From: a virus
Taxonomy: Duplodnaviria > Caudoviricetes
DNA length: 64,000 nt
Direction: 5' to 3' (one strand)
IMG/VR virus record: IMGVR_UViG_3300033066_001295
Coordinates: 128,001 to 192,000 of that record
The position numbers and the translations under genes are program-made. Below are positions 57,398 to 64,000 of the stretch, one piece after another. The notes under the pieces were generated by a model. It had not been told where the DNA came from. It was given only the letters and a program-made list of their open reading frames with translations, and searched no databases. Numbering within the stretch: position 1 is the first letter of the stretch; each line of letters opens with the position of its first letter.

Positions 57398-58051
57398 CTA
57401 CACAGTGTTTGCCGCAACGCTTATGAAGCCATTTAGCTGGGCATTGCTGGATGCATGGTCATTAAAAGCTTCAATTCGTACAGCGGTTGCTGTTGATGTG
57501 ATCTGAGTTCCCCTGTTAGAGACTGAAAGAGCACCCGTAGTGAAAATAGTGCCTGAAGCAGGGGTGGTGTACAGCACAGTCTCATTACCAGAGACAGTAC
57601 CAACTACCCTGATGCCACAATTACCACTGTCAGTTGTCTTGTAACATCTAGCGGCAGTGATAAACAACCCTGTGTACGCTAGAAGAGACGTGGCACGGTC
57701 ATCAAGATAGCCTATGGTGACCGTCTTGGTAGGGGCAATGAGCACTTCTGGGATGCTAAAAACCAGACCAGTCCTCTGCCCAAGATAGTTGATAATACGG
57801 TCGAGGGCATCCGCAATAAGCATGTCACGGTGAAACAAGTCACCTTCAATCCTCTGACGAATAAGGTAGTTCTGATAGTCGTGACCGTCTGTCTTTCGCA
57901 AGGACGAGTTGTCATCAGTAACTGGTGTTATTGATGGGTTTAGCTCACCACCGACAGCAACTGGCACACCTCCAAGTGTTTTGGAGGTTGAGTATGACTG
58001 CAACCAGATTGGTGGGTAAGCAGTGTCCAGAGCTATGATTTCGAGAGGCAT
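57398..58051 (-). CDS. virion structural protein
   Basis: Shares LDTxYP and GDxFHR with 55503..56282. Confidence 0.55.
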   Translation of the reverse strand: MPLEIIALDTAYPPIWLQSYSTSKTLGGVPVAVGGELNPSITPVTDDNSSLRKTDGHDYQNYLIRQRIEGDLFHRDMLIADALDRIINYLGQRTGLVFSIPEVLIAPTKTVTIGYLDDRATSLLAYTGLFITAARCYKTTDSGNCGIRVVGTVSGNETVLYTTPASGTIFTTGALSVSNRGTQITSTATAVRIEAFNDHASSNAQLNGFISVAANTV

Positions 58052-58335
58052 CAGCGTGTAATAGTGATATACTTCTTACCAACCTTGACAGCAACGTCAG
58101 GACCAAGATTGACATCTGGCCACACCAGTTCTGATCTAGCTGGTATCTCAATACCTACGAGCAAACCATCTGCCTTCCGTATGTTGAGAGGTATCATCTG
58201 GTTCAGGTTGTTTTTCAGACGAATAACCGGGGTTGAAACTTTTTTTGGTGGCTTTATGTCAACAACCACGTTCTCAACAGGCTCAGGCCCCTGCTCGGCT
58301 ATCTCTTCTGTTGATGTCTTTCTTTTGTTGCTCAT
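58051..58335 (-). CDS. hypothetical protein
   Basis: Stop overlaps the downstream start. Confidence 0.55.
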   Translation of the reverse strand: MSNKRKTSTEEIAEQGPEPVENVVVDIKPPKKVSTPVIRLKNNLNQMIPLNIRKADGLLVGIEIPARSELVWPDVNLGPDVAVKVGKKYITITR

Positions 58336-58362
58336 GGTAGAAGCCTATTTATAGTTACACTT

Positions 58363-58965
58363 ATGAATTTGAATTCTCTCAGTGACAAAATTGATCCTAT
58401 CCATGGGGAAGTAGCAGTCAAGCCTTTTGATAGAAATGGCTGCCCCCTAAAGGACCCTTTCAGCATATTTCAATACCCATCTGAGGCTAAGAACCAAGTT
58501 GAGAGTATTGAGGGGTACCTTGAGCTTAAAGGAAACCTCGTTGTCAATCTTGGCAGGCAAACTATAGCTTACCTCATCGGTGGAAGGGATTACAGCAGTG
58601 TCACACCAAATAACAACTGGATTGTGACAAAAGTATCGTGGGGTATCGGTGAAGAAGCTCCACGGTTTACTGACACGTCACTATCACCCCAAGCTGTAAC
58701 AGGTGAGACATCAGGAGGTGAAAATGAGATCATCTATGACATCGACAACGGGTTCAAAAAGAAAAACCTGTCATCAACTGACTGGCCATCACCATTTCTG
58801 GTGAGATTTGAGGCAGTTCTTGGTGCTGATGAGGCAGTCGGTTACCTCATCCGTGAAATGGGCCTCTGGACATCCAACAATACTCTGTTTGCAAGGAAGG
58901 TGTTTCCCGCCATCAACAAGAGTGGTGACTTCGGTCTGTCGTTCCTTTGGAGAGCCAGATGCTGA
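58363..58965 (+). CDS. tail-collar/fibre-associated protein
   Basis: NLVVNLG..EAVGYLIREMGL..LFARKVFPAINK. Confidence 0.7.
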   Translation: MNLNSLSDKIDPIHGEVAVKPFDRNGCPLKDPFSIFQYPSEAKNQVESIEGYLELKGNLVVNLGRQTIAYLIGGRDYSSVTPNNNWIVTKVSWGIGEEAPRFTDTSLSPQAVTGETSGGENEIIYDIDNGFKKKNLSSTDWPSPFLVRFEAVLGADEAVGYLIREMGLWTSNNTLFARKVFPAINKSGDFGLSFLWRARC

Positions 58966-59012
58966 ATAAGGGCATATAAACTACTTGCTTCGGTCTTAGT
59001 ATCATAGTAGGT

Positions 59013-60170
59013 ATGTGTGTGAATATACATACCTGTACTCAAAAAAGAAGACCAGTAACTGCCGTCACATTTAACTCAATAGACAAGTTACAGACAACCC
59101 ATCAAAGGCTAACGGACTTGATGGGCATAAGGAAGGGCTGCGTTCAGGGCCTAAAGTTGACAGTAAGTGGCAATCACGCCATCAACTTGCTAAGACTTCT
59201 TGAGCATAAAATACCCTCAGAGTTTGAAAACTGGGTGCCTAAACAGGACCCAACAAAGTATCTTCGTCTGCCAGACTCCCACTTCATTCAAGAAGCTCAA
59301 AAGTACCGAGAACGTCACGAGTGGAAAAAGAAATCAGGTTGGAGCTACCAACACGTCCATAGCCATCGCCGCCACCTTCTCCCACAATGCACGGCACACA
59401 TGGCAGCAGCCATCAACCCGTTCTCAGATGGCTACCAAGTCTATGCCTACGAATTTGAGGACAAGTCAGCCTATGTAGGCATCACCTGTGCTCCGCACAA
59501 ACGCCGCCAACAGCACCAAGAACGTGGCACCGTAGCTGAAAAAAGAAAGACCACCCCGTCTAACTTGTTAGAAGTTGCTAGTGGCCTGCCAGCAAACCAA
59601 GCAGCCAAAAAAGAAGAAGAAACCATCCAGCATTACAAGTCTAATGGGTGGACCCTGCTCAACAAAGAAAAAGGCGGCAGTCTTGGGCAAATACGAAGCA
59701 AGTACACCTATGACAGGGTGCTGGAAATTGCCCGCCCCTGTAGCACCAAGTTCAATTTCTTGAAGACGCGACCAGAAGTATTTCAAGCAGCTTCAAAGTA
59801 TGGCTACCTTCGTCGTCTCGAAAAAGACCTTCAATGGCCTGAAAACGCCAACAGAAAGTGGGCCTATAACATGTGCCTAGAAAGTGCCAAACAGCACAAG
59901 TATATTACAGACTGGTTGGAAGCAGACCAACAAGCCTACCACGCTGCCCAGTCTAACGGCTGGATGCCTAAGCTCAAAAAAGAACATTTTACAGTGACTA
60001 AACAGGGCATGAAACTAAAATGGAACCCAGTTACCTGCCTCGAACGTGCCAAACAATTCACCCATAGAAGTGACTGGCAATACCTCTGCCGCGACGGCTC
60101 CTACATAGCAGCACGAAAGAAAGGGTGGCTACAGGAAATAGCTGATAAGGCGTTTGCACCAACTATCTAG
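59013..60170 (+). CDS. GIY-YIG-like homing endonuclease
   Basis: VYAYEFEDKSAYVGIT..R..H..E..LLN plus three helical repeats. Confidence 0.75.
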   Translation: MCVNIHTCTQKRRPVTAVTFNSIDKLQTTHQRLTDLMGIRKGCVQGLKLTVSGNHAINLLRLLEHKIPSEFENWVPKQDPTKYLRLPDSHFIQEAQKYRERHEWKKKSGWSYQHVHSHRRHLLPQCTAHMAAAINPFSDGYQVYAYEFEDKSAYVGITCAPHKRRQQHQERGTVAEKRKTTPSNLLEVASGLPANQAAKKEEETIQHYKSNGWTLLNKEKGGSLGQIRSKYTYDRVLEIARPCSTKFNFLKTRPEVFQAASKYGYLRRLEKDLQWPENANRKWAYNMCLESAKQHKYITDWLEADQQAYHAAQSNGWMPKLKKEHFTVTKQGMKLKWNPVTCLERAKQFTHRSDWQYLCRDGSYIAARKKGWLQEIADKAFAPTI

Positions 60171-60662
60171 CCGACACTTGCGGTGTCTGCCTCATTTCGA
60201 CTCTAGTGCCTTCAACTCCCCATCAACTAGGGTAATATATGCCTCCACCTTAGCTGCGTTTTCAGCATTAGCTTTGGCTTGTTCATCAAAACCAGCAATC
60301 CTCATATTTTTTGCCCGAAAACGGAGCATGAACAAGCTTTCCTTGTTGACTTTAAGTTCCTCTCTTAGAAGGACTTCTGCATTGGATGGGATGGTTTCGT
60401 TCATTGTTGGTTAAGTTGAGATTCAATGGTGGCAATCACAGCAAGTCGCTGCTCATAGGGTAGCGAAACGGCAGCAGCAGCGAGCCGTTTTACGGAGGCG
60501 TCAAATGCTGCATTAACATAGGACTCTATTTGTGCATTCAGGCTACGAGTCAGGTATTGATCTGCGGAGAGTTTGTCACCGCTATTTTCATTGTGTTCCG
60601 AAACGACTGCGGCGAGCACAGTTTCCTGTTCGGAGTTTAGATTTAGAATGATGGTCATGGGA

Positions 60663-61826
60663 TTATAAACATGGTATTTTCACGCTAACACCAGCAATGG
60701 AAACCGTTATTGTTTTGTCCGGTATGATAGTCTCAGTTGTGGTTGCAAGCATAGCAAAGTCGATGCCTCCAGCAGTGGAAATCTTGATTGCCGCAGAATC
60801 TCCTACTTCGAGATGCATCGCGCGTGTTGATCCGCCGCCGCTACCCTTGCTGGTTCCAATTCGACATACATTTGACGTTCCTACCCAATCAATCTTGAAT
60901 CGCTCAAAATTGGTTGTCGATGTCCATGTATTTGCAATGGACAGTATTTGTGCAGTTGTTCCATTTCTCGAAATCAGATGACCGGCTGCCTCCCTTTTCA
61001 GTATAACATCAGCAGTGTCATAAGAGTTGACTGTAGATGACCAGCTTAGTTGGCGAGCACTGCCGAGAGCGATTCCAGCCACGTCATTGTCGATGGAAAA
61101 AGTGTTTGATATTGAAGCCAACTTACCAAGCGAAATAATATTCGCCCCTCCTATCTTTTCCACGCTGAAAATCCTTGTTGTTCCGGCTGCTCCGCCATAG
61201 ACGCCGAAATATTCCTCTGATAAAGCCGAACTTGTATCTGTAAATGAAAATTTTACACCTGAGTAAGAAACGCCTGCGCCTCCAGTCCATGTTTGAGTTA
61301 CTGATAAAGGCGGAGCGGAAACAGCGGATGAACCAGCAGTTATTGCCAATGCCCCAGTCATCGTATCACCAGTCAGACGAACATGACTCACCCATGCCGC
61401 TCCACTATAAGACTGGAAGCGGCCAAGATCGGTATCGAAGACGATCATCCCTGCCGCAGCGGTCAATGCGCCCTTTTGCGCCGTGGTCAGATTGTTCATG
61501 CGGATACCCGCATGAGTAGTACCTGAAAAACTAAGAAGACCAGTAAGTGTATTTGACCCTAATGATGCGTAGTTAGTACTATAACTAAAACTTCCCGACC
61601 CGTTATTAACTAATACACCGGCAGAGTTTGATAACCCAGATATGGATGTAAGAATATCTGACAGTGGCTGCTTAATAGCAGCTACCGCTGCTGCTGAACC
61701 AGCAGCGTCAAAAGAATCAGACGAAGCTACTGCTGCTGACCCGAGACCCAACTCAGACCTTGCTGCCGCCTTATTGGCAGAGCACAAAAAAGCGTCTATA
61801 TCTGAAGATATTATGAGGTTAGACAT
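60663..61826 (-). CDS. tail fibre protein
   Basis: AARSELGLG, LTGDTMTGAL, Gly/Ser/Thr-rich. Confidence 0.7.
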   Translation of the reverse strand: MSNLIISSDIDAFLCSANKAAARSELGLGSAAVASSDSFDAAGSAAAVAAIKQPLSDILTSISGLSNSAGVLVNNGSGSFSYSTNYASLGSNTLTGLLSFSGTTHAGIRMNNLTTAQKGALTAAAGMIVFDTDLGRFQSYSGAAWVSHVRLTGDTMTGALAITAGSSAVSAPPLSVTQTWTGGAGVSYSGVKFSFTDTSSALSEEYFGVYGGAAGTTRIFSVEKIGGANIISLGKLASISNTFSIDNDVAGIALGSARQLSWSSTVNSYDTADVILKREAAGHLISRNGTTAQILSIANTWTSTTNFERFKIDWVGTSNVCRIGTSKGSGGGSTRAMHLEVGDSAAIKISTAGGIDFAMLATTTETIIPDKTITVSIAGVSVKIPCL

Positions 61827-61973
61827 ATTATGGTCTTACGAAGCTACTGACGCCATCTGGTCTGAAGTAGTGACTACTACCATCAGGTCTTAAATAAGTT
61901 ATAATTATGTTGGAAGCAAACCTGAGAGTGCCAATGTATAAACCACCAAACGCCTTTCTAAACCGGAACATAA

Positions 61974-62726
61974 CTAAACCTCCTTGCAGGTGTATCCTTT
62001 ACCCGTAGCTGAGCAGATCAGATTGAGGGCACGCTTATCAACAAAAGTTGGCTCATAGGCTAAACCAGAACCTACTTTTATACTCGGCTGACCAGACACA
62101 GCAGATGATGAAAAATTGAGCCACATGTCAGTGTCTGACACATTCTGGAAGAACAGGTAGCTACGATCAGGATTGACATCAATAACCCTGCGACTAAGGC
62201 CACTAACAGAGGTAGTCCCACTGTGATCAATGAGACCAGAAGTGCTACCCATCACTGTAGATATGCTGGTATCCCAGTGTGATTGGCCGAGAGTCTCCCT
62301 TGTATAGTCCTTTTGTGGCTTGAGCAACACTTGTGGGTCACTACTGGCGACACCGGAGATCATCAATTTACCTCCGACTACTTTTGGATTGTCCTCAGTG
62401 ATAGATGTCACCACAAACTGAAGGGCGTTGTAGTCTTTCAGAGTTAGCTTGACATAAACCTCACCACCGGCAACAACAGTGTAGGTTTGACCATCTATAT
62501 CTGAAAAGACACTTACTGAGGTGATGTCTGTGTCAATAACACCACTCTGAAGCTTGAATGACACAGAGTTGTCACCCATGTTCTTAACAATGGCATCAAA
62601 TATAACAGATGGCCTGCTGGTGCTTCTGCCGGAAGGGAAGTAAATCTGGATGAACTCAAAAGGGTCATCAGATGCCCTTTTTGTAACAGACACGTGCTCC
62701 CTGAATGGATATGAGTTGAAAAGCAT
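61974..62726 (-). CDS. putative virion protein
   Basis: Beta-rich; TATCTATT motif upstream. Confidence 0.5.
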   Translation of the reverse strand: MLFNSYPFREHVSVTKRASDDPFEFIQIYFPSGRSTSRPSVIFDAIVKNMGDNSVSFKLQSGVIDTDITSVSVFSDIDGQTYTVVAGGEVYVKLTLKDYNALQFVVTSITEDNPKVVGGKLMISGVASSDPQVLLKPQKDYTRETLGQSHWDTSISTVMGSTSGLIDHSGTTSVSGLSRRVIDVNPDRSYLFFQNVSDTDMWLNFSSSAVSGQPSIKVGSGLAYEPTFVDKRALNLICSATGKGYTCKEV

Positions 62727-63273
62727 AAAAATAGATACTCAGGTGGGCCACACCACACTTACCAAGTTATCACCTTCGTCCTCTGTGTATTCAATGACAG
62801 GCGGACCAGACTCCCTCACTTTGGAGGAGTACCTCCTGAGTGCTTCGCCGCTTAACTTAACAACAGAATGCCCTTGTTGGATTAAAAGGCATGATATGAT
62901 ATGTCTCATCAAGGTGAGGTCCTTCATCATAGAGTCTCTCTCACTTGTAATTAGCACCCTCAAGAGACTCACCTTGTCTGAGTCTGGTAGGTTGCTGTCT
63001 AGGATAGCTGAAAACCTAGCATTATCTGTCTCCGAAGGAACACGCATCCAAAATGCTAAGCTACAGCTTTACACAATCAATCAAAAAGACTGGTAAACTT
63101 GGGTGGTGATTCAGATATGCCACCTGAACCCTTGGATAGGCCTCGTGGTAACTCTGTTATAGTCTGAAATCTGCCGTCAAAACTATGACCACCTTTCTTG
63201 GTAACAGACCAGTTGCCATTTTTTCGCCTCACCTTGAATCCAAGAGGAGCATCTTCAGGCTGTTTTGGGAGAA

Positions 63274-63903
63274 TCATTTGATGTACTTGGCACCATCAAT
63301 AATTCTGTAGCTGACAACGGCAGAAAAGTTGGTGGCTGAAGCTTTTGGGTCAATGAGTCTGGCTGCCGCCACGGTAAGGTCAATGGCATGAGCCAGACTT
63401 CCGGTACGTGTTGCCTGTTTTCCGGGACCGAGATCAATTACACCCTGATTTGGACGTATCAGCTTACCATTAGCCGTTACTTCAACCATGGTATGCCAAG
63501 GGAGACGTGGAATAGGTGAGCCATCAAGTGCCCTGTGTTCCGCTGCTGACATGCCCGGAAACTGCCTGCCATCCATGGGCAGGCTGACAGCCTGAACGAG
63601 GGGGTTGGTTTTTGTGCTCATACCACTGGCTGTATCACCATTGTCCTGTGGGTCACTGCTGCCACCAAAACAGGTGGCTTTGACATTCTCCACTACAATG
63701 TCGTCGCCATCAATACGGGCGGTAAAAGGCCATGTTCCATCGCCTTTGAGCACCTTTCCATCAGTCTTTGCTGGTGGAGGGAAAGACTGAACGTACAAGT
63801 CAACAATGCCTTCGAGCTTGTCCAGAGTCTTTGGACCTATCACCCCGTCATCTACCAATCCAAGTTTCTTTTGAATGGATGCGATGCGGAGTTGCGTGCT
63901 CAT
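63274..63903 (-). CDS. endolysin-like protein (peptidoglycan-binding plus DPBB/3D-like domain)
   Basis: IQKKLGLVDDGVIGPKT; ATCFGG..VIDLGP..AIDLT. Confidence 0.7.
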   Translation of the reverse strand: MSTQLRIASIQKKLGLVDDGVIGPKTLDKLEGIVDLYVQSFPPPAKTDGKVLKGDGTWPFTARIDGDDIVVENVKATCFGGSSDPQDNGDTASGMSTKTNPLVQAVSLPMDGRQFPGMSAAEHRALDGSPIPRLPWHTMVEVTANGKLIRPNQGVIDLGPGKQATRTGSLAHAIDLTVAAARLIDPKASATNFSAVVSYRIIDGAKYIK

Positions 63904-64000
63904 GCAGGTAGTCGTCGTTTCAGTTTCTTCTCAAAGAGGTCTGGCCTGTTATGCTTCCGTGTAAGGGAAAGCTTCAGGGCCTCTTCAATAGATACATCCG

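Overview
64 kb of a large T4-like (myovirus) phage genome, mostly transcribed from the minus strand. Left (1-20 kb): accessory genes including a QueC-like PP-loop enzyme, Ro60/TROVE (Rsr), a P-loop kinase, a metallophosphoesterase, a tmRNA with a 35-residue tag, HNH/ParB genes and a glycosyl/methyltransferase cluster. Middle (20.5-42.9 kb): a large RNA operon with 43 CCA-encoding tRNAs for all 20 amino acids. 42 of them have G55 instead of U55 in the T-loop, mostly paired with D-loop A18. Also in this operon: six Y-RNA-like genes sharing one putative Ro60-binding stem but carrying different second domains, mini-tRNAs, tRNA shells with large inserts, a hammerhead ribozyme, many unassigned structured RNAs and HNH endonucleases. 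Right (46-64 kb): baseplate, tail and lysis genes. Best candidate novel system: a phage Ro60 with a modular Y RNA repertoire, each copy starting 0-1 nt after a CCA end. Secondary candidates: small proteins built from major-capsid (gp23) fragments, and a set of putative virion-packaged effectors sharing an N-terminal F-x-x-L-F-E motif. All calls were made by eye, with no database search or folding program.
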